Below are positions 13,101 through 25,445 of a stretch of DNA of 64,000 bases, in pieces. The DNA comes from Sphyrna mokarran (Eukaryota). Positions within the stretch are counted from its first letter, which is position 1. Each line of letters opens with the position of its first letter. The notes under the pieces are model-generated. The model was not told the origin of the DNA. It saw only the letters and a program-made list of their open reading frames with translations, and searched no databases. Position numbers and translations under genes: made by a program. Location: contig JAGIQG010000009.1 of assembly GCA_024679065.1 (NCBI GenBank), positions 95,666,001 through 95,730,000 on the forward strand, in the 5' to 3' direction.

Positions 13101-13946
13101 GCCGACTCTCACTTCCCCCCCTCACTCGCCGACTCTCACTTCCCCCCCTCACTCGCCGACTCTCACTTCCCCCCTCCTCGCGACTCTCACTTCCCCCCCT
13201 CACTCGCCGACTCTCACTTCCCCCCCTCACTCGCCGACTCTCACTTCCCCCCTCACTCGCCGACTCTCACTTCCCCCCCTCACTCGCCGACTCTCACTTC
13301 CCCCCTCACTCGCCGACTCTCACTTCCCCCCCTCACGCCGACTCTCACTTCCCCCCCTCACTCGCCGACTCTCACTTCCCCCTCACTCGCCGACTCTCAC
13401 TTCCCCCCTCACTCGCCGACTCTCACTTCCCCCCTCACTCGCCGACTCTCACTTCCCCCCTCACTCGCGACTCTCACTTCCCCCTCACTCGCCGACTCTC
13501 ACTTCCCCCCCTCACTCGCCGACTCTCACTTCCCCCCCTCACTCGCCGACTCTCACTTCCCCCCCTACTCGCCGACTCTCACTTCCCCCCCTCACTCGCC
13601 GACTCTCACTTCCCCCCCTCACTCGCCGACTCTCACTTCCCCCCTCACTCGCCGACTCTCACTTCCCCCCTCACTCGCCGACTCTCACTTCCCCCCCTCA
13701 CTCGCCGACTCTCACTTCCCCCCTCACTCGCCGACTCTCACTCCCCCCTCACTCGCCGACTCTCACTTCCCCCCCTCACTCGCCGACTCTCACTTCCCCC
13801 CCTCACTCGCCGACTCTCACTTCCCCCCCTCACTCGCCGACTCCCCCCTCACTCGCCGACTCTCACTTCCCCCCCTCACTCGCCGACTCTCACTTCCCCC
13901 CCTCACTCGCCGACTCTCACTTCCCCCCCTCACTCGCCGACTCTCA
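13101..13946. repeat. Intron 3 minisatellite of gene A (~26-27 nt, about 30 units)
   Basis: Unit CACTCGCCGACTCTCACTTC(n)T; on the minus strand it contains the exon 3 donor junction. Confidence 0.95.
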
Positions 13947-14213
13947 GCTGCTGTTGTCCATATTCCAAGTATATCTTCAGCCACTCAATGCACTCCTGCT
14001 CCAGGTAAAACTTCCACTGTTGATTATCCCAGGCCCTGATCTGCTGCCACCATGTCATGGTGTTCTCACTCCACGGTACCGGTGTTAGCCATTCCTGCTC
14101 ATCTTTGTCAAATGTCATGAAATCTTGCCCATCCCAACCAAACTGTGAGAAGCCGCTCGTTGTCCCATCATCAGCCATTTCGCAGCCAGTTTTCAACTGG
14201 AAGAAGTGGATCC
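13938..14213 (-). CDS. MHC class I gene A, exon 3 (alpha2 domain)
   Basis: GIHFFQLKTGCEMADDG...GWDGQDF...YLEQECIEWLKIYLEYG; 276 nt, both Cys present; donor is non-canonical G|GCGAGT. Confidence 0.95.
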
Positions 14214-14344
14214 CTGTAAATCAGGCACGTATGACCAAAGAGGCTCAGTTCGACTGAGTGACCCCCCCACCACACGTTAATCAGACATCATCTCGGAAGC
14301 CAGTGTTAATGGACCCCTGGACCACAATATAAGACTCCTTACCA

Positions 14345-14615
14345 TGTCATAGAACCCCTACAATGCAGAAGGAGGCCATTCAGCCCATCGAGTCTGCACC
14401 AACTACAACCCCACCCTATTCCTGTACTTTGACACTAAGGGGCAATTTTAGCATGGCCATCAACCTAGACCGCACATTTTTGGACTGTGGGAGGAAACGG
14501 AGCAGCCGGAGGAAACCCATGCAGACACTGGTAAAATGTACTAACTCCACACCGACTTGAGGCCAGAATTGAACCCTGGCGCTGTGAGGCAGTAGTTCTA
14601 ACCCCTGTGCTACCC
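14345..14615 (-). mobile_element. HE1-like SINE
   Basis: GGAGGAAAC..GGAAACCC core, CATAGAACCCTACA tail. Confidence 0.7.
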
Positions 14616-15469
14616 CATGTAAATGATCCGCAAACCCAACCTATATTTGAAGGACTCCCCCTGAACCATGTCTATTAGTTAAAGGAAACCCAAAGCAGCA
14701 GCTGTAAATTTACAGGTCTCCAACTAAGATTTAATTTGTCTGCAACTCCATACTACTAGACTCCCAATCCAAATATTATAAGGAGACCTTCAACCACCAA
14801 ATTCCCAATCATTATCGTAGTCATTTATTCATTCCTTTGAGTTCACGCTGGTTCTCTTTATTGCAAAATGATCAGTGCCATTTCCCCCCGCTCTATCCTC
14901 ACAGTGCTAACTATCTATTTCTCTGATGTCCTATTCAACTTCCTTTTGAAGTCATTGATCTTCCCTGCATCCGTTGCCCCCACAAGCCAAGAATCCCAGA
15001 TGTTTGCCAAGCACTTTGTAGAGAGGATTTTCCTGCATCTCTTTCCCAAAACCTGAAATCTGCAGTTAGCACTGCTGCCTCACAGTGTCTGGGTTTGATT
15101 CCGGCCTTGGGTCACTGTCTGCATGGAGTTTGTTCTCTTCGTGTTCCAAGTGAGTTTCCTCCAGGTGTTCTGGTTTCCTCCCACAGTCAGAAAGACGTGT
15201 TGGTTAGGTGCATTGGCCATTTGGCCCTTTGAATCTGTGCTGACCACAATCTGAGGAGAGACACCACATCTGAGAAAGAAGGAAGACCACAGCCAGAATG
15301 CCAGACCGGACCAAAGAACCAAACTACACAGACAACTACTAACACCAGCGCAGAGATAAAAGCCAATATCTGTTTGGGTACTTGTCAGTCATGCAAAGTT
15401 GAGTCAAGTTCTTGTATTGTACTTGAATTCTAGTATTTTCTGTAAGATAGCTTACTGTTGGTCAGGTGG

Positions 15470-15920
15470 ATGATTATTGTCCAACAAGGGGCATACACGC
15501 GGTGGGTTGTGCAAGGTCTGCTCTTGGATTTTTCAAGAGTAACCTAGTGCTTCACATCATTAGTGTATGCTTAAACTGGACCATTTGATGGGCAACACGA
15601 CAGCTCAGTGACTATCACTGTTTGCTGTGCAGATACATGGATTTGGGCCTGTGTCTGTGGGAGTTAGGGGATTCTCCCCGTGCTTGCGTGAGTTTTCTCC
15701 AGGTGCTTCGGTTTCCTTCCACACCCCAAAGATGTGCTCTTAGGCTGATTGGTGTAACAAATTGACCCTAAATTGTCTCCCCTCAATCTGGTTTCCAATG
15801 TGGATTTCCAGAAGCACAGACAAGGGTCAGGGGTGGAGGAAGAAACTCACAATGTTAAAATAGTGGCGTGGACTCGTTGAGCTGAAAGACCTGTTTCCTG
15901 TGCTCTATTGTTCTTTGATT
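15470..15920 (+). mobile_element. CR1 3'UTR-only copy (hairpin + SINE body + CR1 tail)
   Basis: Homologous to 22860-23315 and 45780-46220. Confidence 0.75.
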
Positions 15921-16469
15921 GTGTGAGTTTAAATATAGATTGTTTGTACTAATAAGACATCTTCTCTCCCACATTTGCTTTTGATGGAAGCAAACAGTCC
16001 CCCACAGCAAATATGTTTTTGGTGGGGAGGAGGCACATAAAACATGACGGGAATAGTCCATCACCTTCTTACCTACTCCTGACTGAATCCCCATAATACA
16101 GGGGCTGCCTACCCTTGTCTTCTGAGACCCTTAAATGGCCAATTAAATTTAAAACATCCCTCTGTTTCATCTCACCGTAGAGTGAGAAAACAAAGGAGAA
16201 AAGTACATATGATGGCAAAATTGGTTAATATCATACTGTCCACTTTGGAAACTCCAAACTTTTCAGGGTGGTGGGTATGTGGGATCGGCTGCCATCAGTG
16301 GTGGTGGAGGCGGATTCAATAGGGTCTTTTAAGAGACTTTTGGATGAGTACATGGGACTTGGTAAGATTGAGGATTATAGGTAAGCCTCGTAGATAGAGA
16401 TATGTTCGGCACAAGTTGTGGGTCGAAGGGTCTGTTTGTGCTGTAGTTTTTCTATATTCTATATTCTAT

Positions 16470-17140
16470 TCGTATTGTCCATCGTATAAGGGTTAAAACA
16501 AACTGATTTTACAACAGTGGTGCCCAACGTGGGGCATCGATAAGAAGTAACTTTGTTACTCCGATATCGAACCCTGCAGACTTTATATTGAATGGTTATT
16601 TAAAACTCAGAGCCAGCAGCTGTAAACTCCTTGTTGGACAATAACTGCTTTCGGGAAAGTGTTTATTGTGCATGTGTATTGTTACTAACAAGAAGGATAG
16701 GATAACTCTGTAGGTTTGTATTAGAACGACTGGAATATAGCATAAAGCCGTGCCCACAGTCCAATCGCTTCCCTACCCCTTGTCGTTAAGTATAGAATGG
16801 CAGGAAATAATATAGAGACAGAGAAGTGTCCCATATAGGGAAAAAAGAAACAGAGAATATATTAAAAGTGTGGTCCCTATGGGAGAATCTTGTGCTAATA
16901 CTGAGATGGGACTGGAATCCCTAGGGCAGATTTTGAAGTAAGGTGAGTCAAGGGGAAGAGTGAACTCTATATCAACCATGAGGCAAGGCTCAAAACCAAC
17001 TCTGGAGTGGAGAGAAGTGTTCATCGTACCCTTGATACTAACTTACTTAGAGGAACTGATTGGTAAATTAGTAGGCACTATACCCTTTCAGACATTTCTT
17101 GGTCTCCTGGGACTGTACCTAGAGAGAAACACACAGAATT
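16470..17140 (+). mobile_element. LTR retroelement/ERV fragment with tRNA-Lys PBS
   Basis: ..ACAACA g TGGTGCCCAACGTGGGGC (16518-16535), 17/18 match to the Lys1,2 PBS. Confidence 0.6.
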
Positions 17141-17535
17141 CACGGGTAGAGGTGGGGACATCAGGGTGGCGGCACGGGCTCGTTGGGCCGAAGAGCCTGT
17201 TTCCCGTGCTGTTTTTTTGTTCTTTGAGCCATATTTATCCTCTCCCTCAGTCTATCAAACAGGTACACAAGTGTGGCAACTAAGGGATTTTCACAGTAAC
17301 TTTGTTGCAGTGTTAATGTAAGTCTTACTTGTGACACAAATAAATAAACTTAAAGTTTAAATTAGCCCTTATACAATCAGCTAATTAGGAAGAATATTTC
17401 TTTGTATTTAAAGGGTGTTCCTCATTGCTGCCACTCCATGCTTGAGGTGATGAATAAATTTTTCCCCTGACGCTGGTTCTCAGATCCCATTCTGCTTCCT
17501 CTCAAAGGACAGATGATGGGAGTGCAGAGACTCAC

Positions 17536-17796
17536 CATTTGACTGGTTGGTCCGGGACATGAAGCTCTGAATGTAGAATTTGAAATGTTTCTCCTTCTCC
17601 TGTGCAAGCACTGTCTTCCGCATCCAGAAATTGGGCCTCTTGTTCTCCATATACCACTGCCAATGGCCGACCAACTCCTTCCAGTTGCTGTCATATGTAA
17701 AAAACTGCACATCATCTACAAAACCGACAATCACAAACTCCGGGAGACCAGAGACCGGTGTCATAACAGTGGCCAAATACTGGAGAGAGTGAGAAC
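17536..17796 (-). CDS. MHC class I gene A, exon 2 (alpha1 domain)
   Basis: GSHSLQYLATVMTPVSGLPEFVIVGFVDDVQF...MSRTNQSNG; 261 nt, AG/GT boundaries, phase 1, N86 sequon NQS. Confidence 0.95.
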
Positions 17797-19214
17797 CTGA
17801 AACAGAGAGAGAGAGAGAGAGAAAAAGAGACATCAGGGTGTGAACCCCAAAACACCAACACCCAGAGAGAGATACATCAGGGTGTGAACCCCAAAACACC
17901 AACACCCAGAGGCAGACAACGGGGTGTGAACTCCAAACCCAACACCCAGAGAGGAAACATATCTAACAGAATCACCACACACCTACGCCAACAAAGACTG
18001 AGGCTTCCGATGCTCCCTCCTGTCTCCTCAAAACCTGTCATCTCCTACCCCCATCGCTCACTCGACCCTGATCAGGGATTCTGTGTCCCCACTGGAGCCC
18101 TTCAAATCTCCTACAGAAACAGGAGAAATATGAACAGAGAGAAGCTGGGAACAACTTTGGACTGTTTATTTAAAGGAGATGACCAGATGGGTATCCATAG
18201 AGATACAGCGTTAGGAATGGGTTAACAGTCACCTTCAATTTAAGTTCTAAATTGGATATTAATCATTTAGGAGAAGTCACTGGGACAGATAAAGAGATTA
18301 CAGGTGACACTGGGTGTTGGGGTGTGTGTGCGGAGTTGTAAAAGAGAATAGGGGATTGGAGTGAGTTACTGACCTTTTTGATTCCATTTTGATGTTTTAA
18401 GTTTCTGTTCCACTTTGCTTTTTGTTTTGGGCTGTTCCCTTCCTTTTGTGGGCTGCCCCTTTTAATTTGTCCCTCAGTTGAGTTGATTTGGTTGGCCAGA
18501 ACGTCACTGGATATATAAAGAGGTTGTCGGTGACTGTGTGCGTGCGTGTGAAAGAGAATTAAGTGAGTTTGTGAAGAAGCTGGACTTGCATCATTTACTG
18601 GACTGCAGTTGAAAAGCTGAACAGCCAGCAAAATGAAGGAGGCAGCAAACTGTGATAGTTAAAAGAGCCTACTCTGCATCAGGCTCAGAACTGGAGGAGC
18701 AGCATTGGGGTAGGGGTCTGCAGTGAAGGATAGGCACAGGAGCTGATTGAACACAGACCCTGTGTGCCATGCTCCTGAGATAAATACCTGAGTGAGGTTC
18801 GTGACTGGGAGAAAGATCAGCCCCGGCAACATCTGTATAAGATGGAGAAACAAAGCAACATCAGCGGGAGTAACACAGGATCAACTAATGCAGAAGGAAG
18901 CATGTAAGATCCTAAGTGTTTCCTCTGGTTTTGCCCCTCAGTCCAAAAATATGTGTGGGCTAGGTTGTTCAACCTTGCTAAATTGTCCCTTTAGTGTTTG
19001 GGGATTAGCTTGGTAAATATGTGGAGTTGCAGCATAGGGCCTGGGTGGGCTTGTTGTTGGTGCAGGCTTGATGGGCTGAATGACCTCCATCTGCACCGTA
19101 GGGAATCGATGATCACACTCGTGTTTAAATACTTTCGATATAACTAAGTCAGAGATTGAATTCTTTGTGTGGAACAAAGTTTGAGATTTGGTGCACTAAA
19201 GTTTGTGTTGTAGA

Positions 19215-19517
19215 AAATCGTAGAAACCCTACAATGCAGAACGAGGCCACTGACAACAATCTCACCCAGGCCACATTCCTATAGCTCCCCATTTACCCTG
19301 TTAGTCCTCAAACCTATGCATCCCAGAACACTACGGGGTAATTTAGCATAGTCAATCCACCTAACCTGCACACCTTTGGACTGTGGGAGGAAACCCACAC
19401 AGACACAAGGAGAGTGTACAAACTCCACATAGACAGTGACCTAAGCCAGGAATTGAACCCAGGTTCCCAGGAGCTGTGAGGCAGCAGTGCTAACCATTGT
19501 GCCACTGTGCTGCCCCA
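19215..19517 (-). mobile_element. HE1-like SINE
   Basis: Complete head, core and tail. Confidence 0.75.
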
Positions 19518-19899
19518 AACTTTAGTACAGAACAATAAAGGAGACATGTTGTACAATAATTTGAGGAGAGTCGGTTAGTTCAGTTATTGGACAGCTGGGG
19601 CAGAGCGATGCCAATAGCGTGGGTTCAATCCTTGTACCAGCTGAGGTTATTCATGAAGGCCCCACCTTCTCAACCTTGCCCCTCACCTGAGGTGTGGTGA
19701 TCCCTAGGTTAAATCGCCACCAGATTCTCTCCCTCTCTGCTCTGAGGAGAGCAACCTGTGGTCACCAGGGTCTACGGAAACTTTACTTTAAATTTGAGAG
19801 TTTGAGTGCCTTTATCCAAGGCGTTAGTTGACCCGAGTTTGAGGCCAACAATTTTGTAAGCTTGGGATTTGCCTATTTACATATTAAAGCAGGGCATGA

Positions 19900-21020
19900 T
19901 AGAAGAAGGAAAGGTACAGGAACAGACCCTTCGGCTCACAAAATTTCTGCTAATCATAATGCCCTAACTAAATTTTTTAAAAAAATCTTCTGTCCTTACT
20001 TGGTCTGTATCCCTCCATTCCTCCCTAAACACGTCCCCATCAAGATACCTCTTAAATGTTGCTAACATGCTTCCTTCCACCACATTCTTTGGCAGTATAT
20101 TCCAGGCACCTACTACACTCTGCACGAAAAACTTCCGCTGCACATCTCCCATAAAATTTCTCCGTCATCTTAAACCTGTGCTCTCTTGAAATTGACACTT
20201 CCATTTAGAAAAAAGCCTCTGAATATCCACTCAGTCTATGCCTCTCGTAATTTTGTAGACCTCTATCAGCTTTGCCCTCAGCCTCCGTCTTTCCAGTGAA
20301 ACAATTCTAGTTTATTAATCCTCATAGCCAATGCCCTCGAGACCAGGCAACATCCTGGTGCACCTTCTTTGCAATCTCTCCAAAGCTTCCACATCCTTCT
20401 GGTAGTGTGGTGAGCAGAACTGCAGGCAATTAACCCAAATGTGGCCTGACCAAGGTTTTATATAGCTACAACATGATTGCCAACTCTTGTACTCAATGTC
20501 CCATCTGATAAGAACATAAGAAATAGGAGAAGGAATAGTCTATCTAGCCCCTCAAGCCTGCCCCACCATTCAAAAAGATAATAGCTGATCTGATAGTGGT
20601 TTAGTTCCACTTACCTGCCTGCTCCCCATAACTCTTAATTCCCTTATCGATCAGAAATCTATCTACCTGTGACTTAAACATATTTTTCGAGACAGCCTCC
20701 ACTGCTTCAATGGGCAGAGAATTCCAGAGATTCACTACTCTTTGAGTGAAGTTCCTCCTCAACTCTTTTATAAATTGACTCCCCTTATTTTGAGGCTGTG
20801 CCCTCTAGTTCCCGTTTCTTTTCAAACAGAAATAATCTCTCTGCCTCTACTCTGTATAGCCCATTCATTATCTTATACGTCTCCTTAAGATCTTCCTTTA
20901 ATTTTCTAAACTCCAATGAGTACAGGCCCATTCTACTCAATCTCTCCTCATAATCTAACCCCCTTATCTCTGGTATCAATCTGGTGAACCTTCTCTGTAC
21001 CCCCTCAAAGGCCAGTTTCT
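19900..21020 (-). mobile_element. Two adjacent CR1 3' fragments
   Basis: VQRRFTRLIP, FFVQSVVGAWN motifs. Confidence 0.75.
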
Positions 21021-22187
21021 GTGTTGCTCCCACAGTGCAAAGATGTGCAGAATAGGTGGATTGGACAGGATAAATTGCCTAAATTTAAGTCCAAAGTCCA
21101 AAGATGTATAGGTCAGGGTGATTAGTGGGGTAAATGTGTCACATTATAGGGACATGGCCTATGTAAGGTGCTCTGTTACAGAGCAGGTGTAGACTGGATG
21201 GGCCAAATGGTCTCCTTTAGCACTGTAGTGTTTCTATGAACTGGGAGGAGACAGCCTCAGGCAAGCATGCATATTGTACTTATGTGTCTTCTTCACTGTA
21301 TGCACATTGAGCTTAATTCCAGCTGAATCTACAAGCTCATTCTTGGAAGGGCAAAACCCTTTGACCTATTCTCTCTCTCTCTCACGTCTTTCATCAGAGC
21401 AAAGAGCTGACAACTGCAGCCAATGGTTGCTCACCAGGAGAGGTTTGAATGACCCTCTTATATGCTGCATAACTTCTATGGTCCTGTGGACTTCAGAAGT
21501 CATTTCCCCACCCCCTCTATCAGTGCAGTCGCTGCCACCATGGGGTGTGTGAGTTTGCGCTTAGATTCAATGTCATAACCTGGTGAGAACACCATGCATG
21601 CCTGACCAGCTGTCGAATGTTGTAACTGACAAGGCCATGAAGCTTGGAAGGCTAAGACAATACTAACTCCCAGGCTGATGACAAGCTTCTGGAGTTGTCA
21701 GTGAGACAACCGATACTGGAGTTTTGTTGTGAGGTGCATTTAAAGTTGGAGAAGTCTACCCAAGCCATGAACGCTGCCATTTCCCCCTCTTCTCCCTTTA
21801 GAGATTGCCAACTCTTGGAGATCCATGTCCAGCAAGTGAATACTGGAGAATTGTGCAGGCAATATGCCATTGGCTAGACTCTCAGCTCGAGGGAGTAGTG
21901 GTAAAGAGAGAGGTGGGCGAGACACAAAATTCACCATCAGGTGATGGTGAATACCTCAACTGGGAGGAATGAGTGTGTTGCAGCACATCTGCCATTGACT
22001 TTAGCCATCAAAGTGACAGGTTTCTATATCGGTTCAGGAACCTCTCAGCATGATGGCTCATTCCATGCCTCAAGTAGTCAGAGCGCAGCTGTCACAGAAG
22101 AGCAACGTCAACAGACTGCTCTGCTATCTCTTTAAACTGTGGGCAAAGTCCCACTTTTAAGTCATCTAAATATTGAGGGATAATCCT

Positions 22188-22484
22188 CCAGTACCCAGCC
22201 TGGCATTGCCTCTCTCACAGCCCATCACTCACTAACCCAGGGCTAATTCTCCAGTACCCAGCCTGGCATTGCCTCTCTCACACCCCATCACCCACTGACC
22301 CAGGGCTAATACTCCAGTACCCAGCCTGGCATTGCCTCTCTCACACCCCATCACCCACTGACCCAGGGTTAATACTCCAGTACTCAGCCTGGCATTGCCT
22401 CTCTCACACCCCATCACCCACTGACCCAGGGTTAATACTCCAGTACCCAGCCTGGCATTGCCCCTCTCACACCCCATCACTCAC
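22188..22484. repeat. 63-nt minisatellite, intron 1 of gene A (~5 units)
   Basis: CCAGTACCCAGCCTGGCATTGCC... recurring about every 63 nt. Confidence 0.9.
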
Positions 22485-22533
22485 CTGCAGACACTTCTCC
22501 ACATAGCAGGACCAGCACTATCAGTCCAGTCAT
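22485..22533 (-). CDS. MHC class I gene A, exon 1 (signal peptide)
   Basis: MTGLIVLVLLCGEVSA-G, 49 nt, donor G|GTGAGT; an in-frame upstream ATG at 22548 adds MESNP. Confidence 0.9.
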
Positions 22534-22599
22534 TGGATTGGACTCCATACTTTTTCGAAGACTCACTCCTTCTGTCTTTTCCTGTTTACACTGAGCCTC

Positions 22600-22700
22600 A
22601 ATCTGATTGGACACAAAATACGAATGAACCAATCAGAATAAAGAAATTCAGTAAGTCATCAGTCTCCGGCAGAATAGAAATAAACGTGTTGAGAAAATGC
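22600..22700 (-). promoter_or_regulatory. Gene A class I promoter, S-X1-X2-Y module plus CCAAT box
   Basis: Minus strand: TTTCTCAACAC..CTGCCGGAGAC TGATGAC..~18 nt..CTGATTGGTT..TCCAATCAG, conserved in the B and C promoters. Confidence 0.75.
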
Positions 22701-22859
22701 CTCAATATTAAGACAACTGCAACATTGAAGGCCAGCTCTTGTACTCCATACCCCTTCCTATAAAGGCTAACATACACCTGATGATATCATCAGTTGCCGG
22801 GTGGAATGAGCTGAAAAATGTAATACAGTGACAGAGGAAGGACATTGAAAGTTTGTTTA

Positions 22860-24000
22860 GAACAAAGAACAAAACAGCACGGGAAACAGGCCCTTCGGCC
22901 CAACGAGCCCGCACCACCACCCCGATGTTCCCACCCCCACCCGCAATCCCTGTCCATGTTTATAGATCTATGGATTAAAAACCAAATTTGAGACAATTTA
23001 GGGAGAATTTGTTTTGCCAATTAGCCTAAGAGCACATCTTTGGGATGTGGGAGGAAACCAGAGTGCCTGGAGAAAACCCACGCAAGCACGGGGAGAATGC
23101 GCAAACTCCCACAGACACAGACCCAAATCCATGTAGCTGCATAGCACAGCGATAGTCACTAAACTGTCATGTTGCCCATCAAATGGTCCAGGTCAAGCGT
23201 ACACTAACGACGTGAAGCACTAGGATACCCTCGAAAAAGATTCAAGAGCAGTCCTCTCACGACCCATCGCGTGTATGCCCCTCGTTAGACAACAAGGTGG
23301 ACCAAAGCACCTGTAGGATAAAAACAAGTACATCAATATCATCATCTATTTACACACTTCCCAGGGACTCCCAAGGCTCATGATCCCTAGTTTAAATCAG
23401 TTTTCTATACCCCTCCATTCCCATTCTGTTCATGTGCCCATCTAAGTATTTCTTAAATAACTCCAGAGTACCTGTCTCCACCACTTTACTTGGCAGCGCA
23501 TTCCATACCCCCACCACCCTCTGTGTGAAAAACCTCCCTCTAGCATCCGAATTATACCTTACCCTCCTCACCCTAAGCCCGTAACCCCTCGTGCTATTTG
23601 AGTCCATCCTAGGAAAAAGCTTAACCCTGTTTACTCTATCTATCCCCTTCATAATCTTGTACACCTCTATTAGATCTCCTCTAAGGCTACATCTTTCTAA
23701 GGAATACAGTCCCAATTTGCCTAATCTCTTCTCGTAACTCAGACCTTCCATACCAGGCAGCATCCTGGTAAATCTCCTCTGCACTCTCTCCAGAGTCTCC
23801 ATGTCCTTCCGGTAGTAGGGCGACCAGAACTGGACGCAGTATTCCAAATGAGGTCTAACCAACGTTTTATACAACTGCAACATTAAAGGCCAGCTCTTGT
23901 ACTCAATACCCTTCCCTACAAAGGCTAACATACTATATGCTTGCTTCACAACCTTCTCCACTTGCTCTGCCACCTTCAGAGACTTGTTCACCTGCACCCC
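22860..24000 (-). mobile_element. 5'-truncated CR1 LINE with SINE-containing 3'UTR
   Basis: ORF 23392-23997 is an RT C-terminus; 3'UTR nearly identical to 38940-39398. Confidence 0.9.
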
Positions 24001-25164
24001 CGGGTACTAGTCACAAATACGGATTACACGAACACTGCAAAGAAGTTACTACGAAATTTCCCTGGTTGCCTTAGACTAGTGCCTGTTGGGTCAATTCACC
24101 TAACTAGCACGTCTTTCAGAAGATAGGAGGAAACCGAAGCACCCAGAGGAAATCCACACAGATATGGGGAGAACGTGCGGACTCCACACAATGACCCAAG
24201 CAGAGAATCAAATGTGGACATTGTGAGGCAGCAGTGCTAACCAATGTGCCATCGTGCTGCTCATAACTGAAATTGGGTGAGTTTTTTTCTGAGAGAAGAG
24301 CACATTTATGTACTTATTAATTCAGATGTAATGAAATCGGACAATTTTGTTGGTGGACTCAGTGAATGCACTGTGTCTTTGAGTTGAAATGTGGCTTCCT
24401 GTTTCACATAGTTAGAAAGCACTTAAACTACTTGTATGTGGCAGAGGACACAGTTTTGGGGCTACTCAACTTTGCCAGCAAGGATGGAGAAGCTCAACAC
24501 TTTTTTTTTAAAAAAAACAAGACATTTGAGCACTCTACAAGGAGCACAGAAATTCCTCCAGTTGAAATCATGGAGAGGGAATGTGCAAAGTTCACATAGT
24601 CATCCAAACTCAGATTGCACCCAGGTCCCTGGTGCTGTGAGGCAGCAATGTGCCACTGCACTCCGCCTTTAAAGCATGTCCAGAAAATGTTTACGTTAAA
24701 TGATTGGGATTTATTTTGTGAGGAAAACTTGAGCAGGTTGGGGATTTATTCATTGGAGTTAGAACAATGAGAGGTAATCTCACAGGAATGGGTTTGATTC
24801 TGATAGGGATTGATCGGGTAGTGACTGAGTTTTTTCAGGAACAAAACATGAGGGCAAAGCCTCAGGATAAGGGGTGATTCATTTAAGATAAGAGAAATTC
24901 CTTCACTCAAAGTGTTGTGAGCCTTTCATTCTCTATCCCAGAGAATTGTGGAAGATATTAAAGATGGACAGATTCGTGGTGTCTCAGGGAATGGAGGAGT
25001 ACAGAGAGTAGGACTGAAATTGACATGAGGCAGAAGATCATCTATGATGGTGTTGAATGATGGGAGTCTCACAAGAATGAACGGTCTACTCTTGCTGTTT
25101 TTTCTTCACTGACTGAGGATTAATATCTAACCCAAGCACTCCCCCCACCCCTCACACCCATCAC

Positions 25165-25445
25165 CCACAGAAATCACTGTACACAAAGGGACCAGCACAT
25201 TCTGTCCAAAAGTTGTTGTTTTCTTCAGCAGTTTGGGAGGGGAAATCTGTGAAGAAATATCTTTCCAAGATTGCCTCCCACTTGTATCCTGTGCTGATAC
25301 TGTTTCCCTGTGTGTGAGCTGTATCCTGTACTGTTACTGTCCCCTTCAGTCTGTGAGCTGTGTCCTGTCCTGACATTAAACCTTGTTTCAGTTAAATTAT
25401 GTAAATAGTAACTGGACACCAAATACCACTGAAGAAATCACAATT
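25165..25445 (-). pseudogene. Orphan degenerate MHC class I exon 1 and promoter relic
   Basis: ACT TTT GGA CAG AAT GTG CTG GTC CCT TTG TGT ACA GTG ATT TCT GTG G|GTGATGGGTGTGAG aligns with the leader exons (ATG lost); decayed Y/CCAAT region at ~25405-25445. Confidence 0.6.

Noticed and set aside
12972-14039. 355-aa Pro/Ser/Thr-rich ORF (and 53512-54021)
   Set aside because: Antisense translation of the intron 3 minisatellite and flanking MHC exons
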